DNA from: Elusimicrobiota bacterium
GTDB lineage: Bacteria; Elusimicrobiota; Elusimicrobia; Elusimicrobiales; UBA9959
Direction: 5' to 3'
Length of the DNA stretch: 39,583 bases
Assembly (NCBI GenBank): GCA_036574205.1
Contig: JAINCQ010000011.1
Coordinates: 1-39,583 of the forward strand
Of the stretch, positions 10,886 to 19,569 are shown piece by piece (position 1 is the first letter of the stretch; each line of letters starts with the position of its first letter). The notes beneath the pieces are model-generated. The model ran no database searches. It had not been told where the DNA came from and saw nothing but the letters and a program-made list of their open reading frames with translations. The translations under genes and the position numbers were made by a program.

Positions 10886-10945
10886 AATAAGACTAAAAAC
10901 CTGATCTTATCACCAAACCTATATTTACTATAAATACAACGAACA

Positions 10946-10976
10946 AACCGGACTGAGTGCCCCTGTCAGTTTGGTT
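10946..10976 (+). terminator. Hairpin between convergent genes, possible intrinsic terminator
   Basis: AACCGGACTGA/TCAGTTTGGTT 11-bp stem (two G-U pairs on the + strand) followed by ATTTTT. Confidence 0.45.
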
Positions 10977-11757
10977 ATTTTTCAGCTGAGACAAAAAGGT
11001 CTGAGAAAAATAATTGTTTTACTGGAACAAATCTATATATTTTGTTCAAGATCTTTATATATCTGTCTTCTTTTAGAAAATAATAGACATAATGAGGATT
11101 TTTCCAGAATTCTATTTCTATTTTATTAAAACCCGCTTTTTTTAAATGTTTCCTTATAGAAGATGCAGTTTGTTCATTTTTATGATACTCTTTTTGCATA
11201 CCATAAGGAAGTTGTTTCTTCATATCAAATTCAAGATTAAGCCCATTTATCTTGGCTAAAAACCAATAAATTTTAAGCCCAAAATTTAAAAATATTTTAT
11301 TTGGAGAAGTATGAATTATTATCTTTCCACCTTTTTTTAAGATTCTTTTTATTTCCTGAAAATAATTATTTATTTCTCCATCTGTTAAATGCTCAATCAC
11401 ATCCGAAAGGACCACAAGATCAAAAAAATTATCTTCAAAATCAAATTTTCCATTTTCAAACTTGAATATTGTTAGTTTAATATCAGGATTTGTTTTTATC
11501 CAGTAATTTCTTATTTCATTTGCTATTTGAATAGCATCATCTGATATATCACAGGCATATGTTTCAATCCAGCTCAGAGCTAAATTTAAGGCAAGCTCCC
11601 CCCTTCCACAACCAAAATCAAGGACTCTTTTAGGATTTAACTTAAGTATTTTATAATAAATCTTTAAAAGTCTTCTTGATAATTTAATCCCTTTTGATGA
11701 AAGAAATGTTTTATATCCCTCACACTCTGAAAAGAAATATTTTTTATCATATAACAT
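10975..11757 (-). CDS. Class I SAM-dependent methyltransferase
   Basis: Motifs VLDFGCGRG, FDLVVLSDVIEHL and RILKKGG; start placed at ATG 11757. Confidence 0.9.
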   Translation of the reverse strand: MLYDKKYFFSECEGYKTFLSSKGIKLSRRLLKIYYKILKLNPKRVLDFGCGRGELALNLALSWIETYACDISDDAIQIANEIRNYWIKTNPDIKLTIFKFENGKFDFEDNFFDLVVLSDVIEHLTDGEINNYFQEIKRILKKGGKIIIHTSPNKIFLNFGLKIYWFLAKINGLNLEFDMKKQLPYGMQKEYHKNEQTASSIRKHLKKAGFNKIEIEFWKNPHYVYYFLKEDRYIKILNKIYRFVPVKQLFFSDLFVSAEK

Positions 11758-11761
11758 AATA

Positions 11762-12364
11762 TTAATTTTTTGAAAAAGGCCAAACACATTTGTATCTTAA
11801 AATTATGTGATAAAATCCCGTTATAAATGAAATAAAAGATGTTTGAATATGAAGAGCAAACCATAACGATCTTAACTCTACAAATAAGTCAAAATACATA
11901 AAAAAACCTGTCAGGGCACACATTGTGAATGACAAAAACAATACCCAGTTCCAAAAACTTCTAACTCCAAAAAAAAGAAAATTTTTTTTAAAAAGCTCAG
12001 TTATGATTATTAATAATAAATTTATTATTACTATCCATAAAATACCGTATCTTAAAAAACTGTTTTTCTCTAGCTTTCTATTATCCTTGCTTTTATCCGT
12101 ATAATAAATTTTGTTATATCCATCTTGCATCGCTACTTGAATTGTATCCTTTTTATCTTTTGTCTCTATGGTTTTATTAATAATACTTTCCTCTTTTTTT
12201 TGCCTCTGATAAATTTCCCATCTATCGCATATCCCATTTTCATTTTCATCTATAAAATTCCCGCACTCTCCATAACACGGGGTTGAAATCTTTACTCTCT
12301 CGCATTCATAAGCTAATAGGAACACAGGGGTTATGATAAATAAAAGAGAGAATAAAAGTTTCAT
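11762..12364 (-). CDS. Exported Cys-rich domain plus DUF4405-like membrane domain
   Basis: Signal peptide, then C-x8-CYGECGNFIDENENGICD, then 3 TM segments with two His (LHIQ, YHII). Confidence 0.65.
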   Translation of the reverse strand: MKLLFSLLFIITPVFLLAYECERVKISTPCYGECGNFIDENENGICDRWEIYQRQKKEESIINKTIETKDKKDTIQVAMQDGYNKIYYTDKSKDNRKLEKNSFLRYGILWIVIINLLLIIITELFKKNFLFFGVRSFWNWVLFLSFTMCALTGFFMYFDLFVELRSLWFALHIQTSFISFITGFYHIILRYKCVWPFSKN

Positions 12365-13215
12365 TCAAACCTCCTTTGGAGAAACTCCATTACTATTTTT
12401 TCATATCCCCTGTAATATATACTTTCATTATGCGAAAAATCTTTTAAAATTACAGTCTCTATCTTATCATTTATTGAATTATATCCCTCTATGCTCTTTG
12501 AATAGCATATATCGTCTTTATCTCCACAAATAAAAAGGGTTGGAGTTTTTATTTTCTCTATATTTTTAGATATAGATAGTTCAGTTATAAATTTGCCGTA
12601 TAAAATTTTATACTCAAAATTCATAAACCATAGAATTGGTTCGGCTAATATCCAGTAAAACTTAAAAAAATCTTTCAAAATTGCATAAATATTATCATAA
12701 GGTGAATCTGAAATAACAACTTTTATATCATTATAATTAATACTATAAAAAATTGCCGCGAACCCACCCATAGAATAGCCATATAAGGCTATATCCTTTA
12801 AACCTCTTTTTTTAAGATACTCAATAGCAGCTTTAATATCTAAAACCTCCTTATACCCACCAGAATTAATTTTCCCACCACTTTTTCCCATTGCTCTAAA
12901 ATCTATATAAAGAAGATTATATTTTTTTGACATAAAAAAAGTGTTTGCCAGTATATCTCCTTTATCAGCAGGCCAACCATGAAGCATAATAATAGCTTTA
13001 TTTGAGTCTTTGTTCGGGATAAACCATCCAGATATTTTAATCCCATCTATGGTATTCAACTCAATATCTTCATAATTTAATTTAAAATCAAAAGGGGTGT
13101 TTGGGGTTTGAGTTTTTTTAGGGCGAGAATAAAGATAAAAAAATAATAAAGAAATTATAAAAGAAATAATAAAAAAATACAAAATTATTTTTCCAAAGAT
13201 TTTAAACAATTTCAT
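12361..13215 (-). CDS. Alpha/beta hydrolase with N-terminal membrane anchor
   Basis: LHGW, DFRAMGKS, GYSMGG nucleophile elbow, GDKDD and SHNE. Confidence 0.9.
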   Translation of the reverse strand: MKLFKIFGKIILYFFIISFIISLLFFYLYSRPKKTQTPNTPFDFKLNYEDIELNTIDGIKISGWFIPNKDSNKAIIMLHGWPADKGDILANTFFMSKKYNLLYIDFRAMGKSGGKINSGGYKEVLDIKAAIEYLKKRGLKDIALYGYSMGGFAAIFYSINYNDIKVVISDSPYDNIYAILKDFFKFYWILAEPILWFMNFEYKILYGKFITELSISKNIEKIKTPTLFICGDKDDICYSKSIEGYNSINDKIETVILKDFSHNESIYYRGYEKIVMEFLQRRFE

Positions 13216-13276
13216 TAATTTATTATACAAAATCAAAAAAAATATATTTACATCTTTTTATATAATATATTTGTGA

Positions 13277-14377
13277 ATGAATACTATATTTTTTTTATCC
13301 ACTATTTTAAATTTTAATATTATGGCTGATAACTATAACAGATCCATAAATTACTTTATAACAGATATAAATCAGGTAAAAATTATTGAAATTAAAAACT
13401 TTGAAAAAATTGATTTTCCAAATGGAATATTGAAAACATTTAATCCTGAAGATCCATCAGAGTTTCTATTTGAAATATCCACAAATTTTTACTTCAATGA
13501 AGTAATTTTTTCAGTTTCCGCTGAAATAGAAAAAGAAGATATACTAAGCTTATCTGTTGTCATAGATAATGAAGAATTTTTCTTTGGAAATTTTTCCCCA
13601 TCAAAGTCAAAAAGTTTTTCAAGAAAAAACAGTATTGGAGAAATGAATATTGACACATTAAAACTATATCAAAAAACAAACAATTTAAAAGCAAGGATAA
13701 AAATTTACAATAACTCAAAAAAACAATCAATCATAAAACTTATAAACATGGTTTTAACAGACATAGAAAAGCCATATTCAACCCAGGCAAAATCCAAAGA
13801 AACAAAGAAAATAAAAATCAATATTCCAAAAATTTCTCAAATGAATCAGCAGGTAAGCTACAACCAGGATATTTGCAGCCCCACATCTCTAACAATGGTT
13901 TTGAATTATTATGGAATAAAAATAAGCACCATAGAGGTTGCATCTAATGTGATAGATCAGTCAGAAAATATATATGGCAACTGGCTTTTTAATACAATCT
14001 ACGCCTCAACAAAAGGTCTTTACGCATTTGTAGCAAGGATTAATTCGTTTAAAGAACTTGAAGAATATCTTAAAAACCGGATTCCTGTTATAGCAAGCCT
14101 GACTTTCGGACCTAATGAGTTAAAAAACTCACCAATCAAAAAAACAAAAGGACATCTTGTAGTCGTTAAAGGGATAAACGAAAATGGTGATATTATAACA
14201 AATGATCCGGCGGCATCAACTAACAATAAAGTGGAGATAGTGTACAAGAGAAAAGAATTTGAAAACGCCTGGCTTAAAAACAAATTTGGAACTTCTTATA
14301 TAATAACAGACGATATATTAAAACTATCTTTTATAGCCACGCAATTTACAGAGAAAAAAACTAAAAAAAGGAGTTAA
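13277..14377 (+). CDS. Peptidase C39-like family protein
   Basis: SQM..ICSPTS (Cys), GHLVVV (His) and NDPAA (Asp). Confidence 0.85.
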   Translation: MNTIFFLSTILNFNIMADNYNRSINYFITDINQVKIIEIKNFEKIDFPNGILKTFNPEDPSEFLFEISTNFYFNEVIFSVSAEIEKEDILSLSVVIDNEEFFFGNFSPSKSKSFSRKNSIGEMNIDTLKLYQKTNNLKARIKIYNNSKKQSIIKLINMVLTDIEKPYSTQAKSKETKKIKINIPKISQMNQQVSYNQDICSPTSLTMVLNYYGIKISTIEVASNVIDQSENIYGNWLFNTIYASTKGLYAFVARINSFKELEEYLKNRIPVIASLTFGPNELKNSPIKKTKGHLVVVKGINENGDIITNDPAASTNNKVEIVYKRKEFENAWLKNKFGTSYIITDDILKLSFIATQFTEKKTKKRS

Positions 14378-14378
14378 G

Positions 14379-16100
14379 ATGAAAAAGTTATTGATTATCT
14401 GTTTTCTATTTGCCATATCCTGCGCGCAAAAAAATAGGAAAGACATTCTATTTTTTGCTCATACCGGAGAGATAACATCTCTTGATCCTGTATATTCATA
14501 TGATGCTATAACTCATGGAACTCTATTAAATATATATGAAACATTAATAGGCTTTGACGGAAGCCTAACTGATAAATATATCCCACTTATCTCTGAAAAA
14601 GTTCCATCTTTTGAAAATGGGCTGATATCTAAAGATGGAACTGAATATCGCTTTCCAATAAGAAAAGGCGTTTTATTCCATAATGGATATTCTCTTACAG
14701 CGGAAGATGTAAAATACTCTATCTTGAGATTTATGATTATGGATGTTTCAGGGGGACCATCATCGCTTATTCTTGAACCAATATTTGGAATAACATCTAT
14801 AAGAAACGAAAAAGGTGAAATAATTATAACAAGAGATGAATTTGAAAATGCAATAAAAGTCCAGGGGGATGATATTATAATCAAACTAAAGAAACCCTTT
14901 GCTCCTTTTCTTTCAATTATGGCAAGATGGTCTTATATTATGTCTAAAAAATGGGCGATTGATAATGGAGAATGGGACGGCAAATATGAAACAATAAAGG
15001 ATTTTTCAAACAGGCCAAAAGAAAAAGCAAAAATTATTTATATTGAAAATGGGACTGGACCTTATACAGTTCTTAAATGGGAACCTAATAGAAAACAAAT
15101 AATCCTTAAAGCTTTTAAAAATTACTGGAGAAAACCAGCAAATATAGAGACTATAATAGAAAAAACCGTATCGGAATTTTCAACAAGAAGACTTATGATT
15201 GAAAGAGGAGATGCAGACATAATAGAAGTTCCAAGGATTTATGAGGAACAAATAAGAACCATAAAAGGAGTAAAACTATATTCTAATCTACCAAGAATAA
15301 TGACAGATCCTGTTTTTTTCTTTACTTTTAACATAAATACTGAAGGCAATTCAGATATAGGTAGTGGGAAACTTGATGGTAAAGGGATTCCAGGTAATTT
15401 TTTTCAAGACAAAGATGTAAGAAAGGCGTTTGCATACTCTTTTGACTATAATCGTTTTATAAGCGAAAGTTTGAAAGGAAAAGCTGAAAGAGCTTATTCT
15501 CCAATTCCACCAACAGTTATGAAAATAGGAGACTTCAAAAAATATGAATTTGATCTAAAAAAAGCCGAAGATCACTTCAAAAAAGCCTTTGATGGAAAAT
15601 TATGGAAAAATGGATTTAAACTTACAATGACCTTCAATAATGGGAGCGAGATAAGACAACTTGCATGTGAAATTTTAAAGAAAAACATTGAATCAATAAA
15701 TCCTAAATTTAGTATAGATATAAGAGGACTTGACTGGGCAGTTTATCTGGAAAAATCTCAAAACCGAAAGATGCCAATTTTTACAAGAGGATGGGTCGGA
15801 GATTATGCTGATCCCCATAACTTTATATTTCCATTCTACCATTCAAACGGTAGATATCCCAAAGCGCAGGGATTTTCAAATAAGAGAATAGACAACTTAA
15901 TTGAAACAGCAATAAGGGAAACAAATTTAGAAAAAAGAAAAAAATACTACTCTGAAATAATGAATATAGCAAATGAGGAGGTTTATCAGATATACACAAT
16001 TCACCCATATGGTTTAATGGCTATGAAAGAAAACATAATGGATTTTGAAGAAAATCCGATTCATATGGGAATATATTTTTATCAACTTTCGAAAAAATAG
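14379..16100 (+). CDS. ABC transporter substrate-binding lipoprotein, family 5 (OppA/DppA-like)
   Basis: Lipobox AISC; motifs SLDP, YETL, GVLFHNG..TAEDVKYS, GTGPY and GWVGDYADP. Confidence 0.92.
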   Translation: MKKLLIICFLFAISCAQKNRKDILFFAHTGEITSLDPVYSYDAITHGTLLNIYETLIGFDGSLTDKYIPLISEKVPSFENGLISKDGTEYRFPIRKGVLFHNGYSLTAEDVKYSILRFMIMDVSGGPSSLILEPIFGITSIRNEKGEIIITRDEFENAIKVQGDDIIIKLKKPFAPFLSIMARWSYIMSKKWAIDNGEWDGKYETIKDFSNRPKEKAKIIYIENGTGPYTVLKWEPNRKQIILKAFKNYWRKPANIETIIEKTVSEFSTRRLMIERGDADIIEVPRIYEEQIRTIKGVKLYSNLPRIMTDPVFFFTFNINTEGNSDIGSGKLDGKGIPGNFFQDKDVRKAFAYSFDYNRFISESLKGKAERAYSPIPPTVMKIGDFKKYEFDLKKAEDHFKKAFDGKLWKNGFKLTMTFNNGSEIRQLACEILKKNIESINPKFSIDIRGLDWAVYLEKSQNRKMPIFTRGWVGDYADPHNFIFPFYHSNGRYPKAQGFSNKRIDNLIETAIRETNLEKRKKYYSEIMNIANEEVYQIYTIHPYGLMAMKENIMDFEENPIHMGIYFYQLSKK

Positions 16101-16110
16101 AGGTATCCTT

Positions 16111-17733
16111 ATGGATAAAGAAAAAATTTTTGATATATTTCCAAAAGAGGATAATATACCAGAAAGATATAATTTAAAACCTGTAATATCAGATAGGTAT
16201 TTATTAGATGGAAGATTAGAAAAATTTAATGGGAGATTTCAAAAAGTATACTCTCCTGTTATGGTTAAAGGCAAAAATAGTCATTTATCCCAGAGATATA
16301 TAGGAGAATATCCTCTTATGGATCAAAAACTTGCCTTTCAAGCGCTTCAATCCTCAATAACTGCTTATGACATGGGCAGAGGAGAATGGCCACAGAAAAC
16401 TCCAGAAGAGAGAATAGGATGTGTACTTAAATTTGTTGAAGAAATGAAGAAAAAAAGAGAAGAGATAGTAAATATAATGATGTGGGAAATAGGCAAGACA
16501 CTTTCAGATTGCGAGAAGGAATTTGATAGAACTGTAACTTATATCCTTGACACAGTAGAAGCATTAAAAGAACTGGATAGGAACTCTTCAAAATTTTTGA
16601 TATCTGAAGGGGTATATTCAATAGTAAAAAGATCACCTCTGGGCGTTACTCTTTGTATGGGACCCTATAATTATCCACTAAATGAAACTTTTACAACCTT
16701 AATCCCGGCGCTTATAATGGGTAACACTGTAATCTTTAAACCACCAAAATTTGGCGTTCTACTTCATTTTCCTCTTTTAGAAGCTTTTAAAAAAGCTTTT
16801 CCTCCGGGTGTGGTAAATACTATATATGGGGATGGGAAAGAAATAATAACTCCTATAATGAAAAGTGGAAAAATAGATGTTCTTGCTTTTATAGGCTCAA
16901 GCGTAGTTGCGGATACATTAAAACATCTTCATCCAAAACCTCATAGGCTAAAATGTGTTTTAGGACTGGATGCCAAGAATGCAGCAATAATTCTGGAAGA
17001 TGCAGATATAGATATAGCTTTAAAGGAATGTATTTCAGGATGCCTTTCTTATAACGGACAGAGATGCACTGCTATAAAGATTATTTTTGTTCATGAAAAA
17101 TTTCAAAATATTTTTATAGAAAAGTTTATAAGGGAAATTGAAAACCTAAAATTTGGAATGCCATGGGAAAAAGATGTAAAACTTACTCCTCTTCCCGATA
17201 TATCAAGAGTTGAATATCTTAAAGGACTGGTAAAAGACGCAGAAGCAAAAGGCGCTAAAGTCATAAATGAAAATGGTGGTTTATCTACTGGTACTTTTTT
17301 TTATCCAGCAGTTTTATATCCTGTTAAAGAAAATATGAGAATATATTACGAAGAACAATTTGGCCCTGTTGTGCCTTTTACTTATTTTAATGATATAAAA
17401 CAGCCTCTTGAATATATTGTTAAATCAAATTATGGACAACAAGTTTCAATATTCTCCAAAGATCCTAAAAGAATCTCAAAATTAACAGACATTCTGGTAA
17501 ATCAGGTTTCAAGGGTAAACTTAAATTCACAGTGTCAGAGGGGGCCAGATATTCTTCCATTTACAGGGAGGAAAGACTCCGCCGAAGGGACTCTATCCGT
17601 TTCAGATGCTCTAAGAGTTTTTTCAATAAGAAGTTTATTTGCATTTAAAGATACTGACTATAACAAAAAAATAGTAAAAAAAATATTAAAAGGAAGAAAA
17701 TCAAAATTCATATCCACTGATTTTATAATGTGA
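16111..17733 (+). CDS. gapN: Aldehyde dehydrogenase, NADP-dependent non-phosphorylating GAPDH-like
   Basis: Motifs GPYNYPLNE, FIGSS, NGQRCTA, EEQFGP and QRGPDILPFTGRKDS; start at ATG 16111 with GAGG upstream. Confidence 0.85.
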   Translation: MDKEKIFDIFPKEDNIPERYNLKPVISDRYLLDGRLEKFNGRFQKVYSPVMVKGKNSHLSQRYIGEYPLMDQKLAFQALQSSITAYDMGRGEWPQKTPEERIGCVLKFVEEMKKKREEIVNIMMWEIGKTLSDCEKEFDRTVTYILDTVEALKELDRNSSKFLISEGVYSIVKRSPLGVTLCMGPYNYPLNETFTTLIPALIMGNTVIFKPPKFGVLLHFPLLEAFKKAFPPGVVNTIYGDGKEIITPIMKSGKIDVLAFIGSSVVADTLKHLHPKPHRLKCVLGLDAKNAAIILEDADIDIALKECISGCLSYNGQRCTAIKIIFVHEKFQNIFIEKFIREIENLKFGMPWEKDVKLTPLPDISRVEYLKGLVKDAEAKGAKVINENGGLSTGTFFYPAVLYPVKENMRIYYEEQFGPVVPFTYFNDIKQPLEYIVKSNYGQQVSIFSKDPKRISKLTDILVNQVSRVNLNSQCQRGPDILPFTGRKDSAEGTLSVSDALRVFSIRSLFAFKDTDYNKKIVKKILKGRKSKFISTDFIM

Positions 17734-17740
17734 GGTATAA

Positions 17741-18379
17741 ATGAATTTAAAGGAAAAAGCCAAAAAAATAACAGCAGTACTTAAAAAAGTATACCCGAAA
17801 GCAAAGACGGAACTTTTGCACTCTAACCCTTTTGAACTTTTGATAGCGACCATACTTTCAGCACAAACTACTGATAAAACTATAAATAAAATAACGCCTG
17901 CTCTTTTTAAAAAATATCCTAACCCCAAGGATCTTGCAAACGCAAATTTAAAGGAGGTGGAGGAGTTAATAAAACCTTCAGGTTTTTATCACACAAAAGC
18001 AAAAAATATTATAGAAACCTCAAAAAAATTGGTAGAAATCTTTGACTCAAAAGTACCGGATAATATGGATGATTTAATAAAACTAAATGGAGTTTCAAGA
18101 AAAACCGCTAATGTGGTTTTATCAAATGCTTATGGTAAAAATGAAGGGGTGGTTGTAGATACTCATGTAAAAAGACTCTCTTATAGAATAGGACTTACAT
18201 CAAACACCCAACCAGAAAAAATAGAAAAAGATTTAATGGAAATTTTTGATAGAAAAGAATGGGGGTTTATATCAAATGCTCTTATTCTTTTAGGAAGGCA
18301 AATATGTACTGCCAGAAAACCATTATGCAATAAATGCCCCATTGAAAACCTATGTGAAAAAAGATTAACCAATGAATAA
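17741..18379 (+). CDS. nth: Endonuclease III
   Basis: LIATILSAQTTD, HhH GVSRKTANV, VDTHV and the C-x6-C-x2-C-x5-C Fe-S motif. Confidence 0.96.
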   Translation: MNLKEKAKKITAVLKKVYPKAKTELLHSNPFELLIATILSAQTTDKTINKITPALFKKYPNPKDLANANLKEVEELIKPSGFYHTKAKNIIETSKKLVEIFDSKVPDNMDDLIKLNGVSRKTANVVLSNAYGKNEGVVVDTHVKRLSYRIGLTSNTQPEKIEKDLMEIFDRKEWGFISNALILLGRQICTARKPLCNKCPIENLCEKRLTNE

Positions 18380-19067
18380 AGCTTTGATAATAAAAACTAA
18401 TCCTTTTGACGTTTATGAAAATATGTCTTGCGATGAGATATTTTGTGAGACAATGCCAGAAAAATATATATTAAGGTTTTTCAACTGGGCTAAAAATGGA
18501 ATTACATTTGGCCTTTCACAGAGATTCTCAGTTGTCTTAAAAGAATTAAATGAAATTGAACAGAGTTTAGATATAACCAGAAGACCTACCGGAGGTGGGT
18601 TGGTTATTCATAAAAACGACATAACCTTTTCCTTTATATTTTATAGCCCTGAAGAATTCAATCCTTTAAAAACATATGAAAAACTTCATACAGCCATAAC
18701 AAAAGAATATTTAAAAAATGGGATTGAACTCAACCTTCTTAACTCAAAAACTCAAAATTATGATATTAACAACAATATAACGAATTGCTTTAAAAAACCA
18801 GTCGAAAAAGATATAATGGCAGGTAACAGGAAAATACTTGGTGGAGCAATAAGAAAATTTTCTGATTACATACTATATCAGGCATCATTGCAAATGCCAG
18901 ACGCAAGAGAAAATCTTATGCTTCATTCTAAGATAATAATAAAAGCTTTTGAAAAAGAATTTAACTTATCATTTCATGAATTTATCTTAAATGATTTATA
19001 CTATCATAAAATAACACAAAAAAAGCAGGAAAAATATTCAAATCAAAACTGGATAAAAAGAATATAG
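18372..19067 (+). CDS. Lipoate-protein ligase A / octanoyltransferase family protein
   Basis: Motifs NMSCDE, RRPTGGGLVIH and RKILGGA. Confidence 0.88.
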   Translation: MNKALIIKTNPFDVYENMSCDEIFCETMPEKYILRFFNWAKNGITFGLSQRFSVVLKELNEIEQSLDITRRPTGGGLVIHKNDITFSFIFYSPEEFNPLKTYEKLHTAITKEYLKNGIELNLLNSKTQNYDINNNITNCFKKPVEKDIMAGNRKILGGAIRKFSDYILYQASLQMPDARENLMLHSKIIIKAFEKEFNLSFHEFILNDLYYHKITQKKQEKYSNQNWIKRI

Positions 19068-19141
19068 TTATCAACTAATCTTTTAATAATAAAAGAAGCA
19101 TTCGGTATTTGACATATCACCGTAAAGTATTAAGCAATAAC

Positions 19142-19546
19142 TTAATTATTGCTTTTATATGTCGCAGTTATAATAGATTTTATTCCACCTCTTGGAGTAA
19201 ACTCACCAGTAACAGTACAACTTTTTGGTTTTGTAACTTTAACTATATCCTCCAATATTTTATTAACTGCGTTTTCCATAAATATGCCAAGGTTTCTATA
19301 AGCTAAAAAATAATACTTAAGGGATTTTAACTCAATACAATATTTGTTAGGGACATACTCTATAATTATTGTTCCAAAATCTGGAAGTCCTGTTTTTGGA
19401 CAGACAGATGTAAACTCAGGATGTATTATTTTTATGGTGTAATTGTTTTTCTTATATTGATTTTCCCATACATCTATTGCAGGAAGTTCTTTCTCTTTGA
19501 AAGATCTTATCTGTTTTTCACTATATCCATAATTTGTTGTTTTCAT
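19142..19546 (-). CDS. queF: NADPH-dependent preQ0 reductase (preQ1 synthase), unimodular
   Basis: Motifs PEFTSVCPKTGLPDFG, IELKSLKYY and PRGGI. Confidence 0.96.
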   Translation of the reverse strand: MKTTNYGYSEKQIRSFKEKELPAIDVWENQYKKNNYTIKIIHPEFTSVCPKTGLPDFGTIIIEYVPNKYCIELKSLKYYFLAYRNLGIFMENAVNKILEDIVKVTKPKSCTVTGEFTPRGGIKSIITATYKSNN

Positions 19547-19569
19547 CTTTCCTCCTTTACTTTACAAAT

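Noticed and set aside
19547..19569. preQ1 riboswitch upstream of queF
   Set aside because: The gap is only 23 bp, mostly occupied by the SD; no aptamer pattern is visible.
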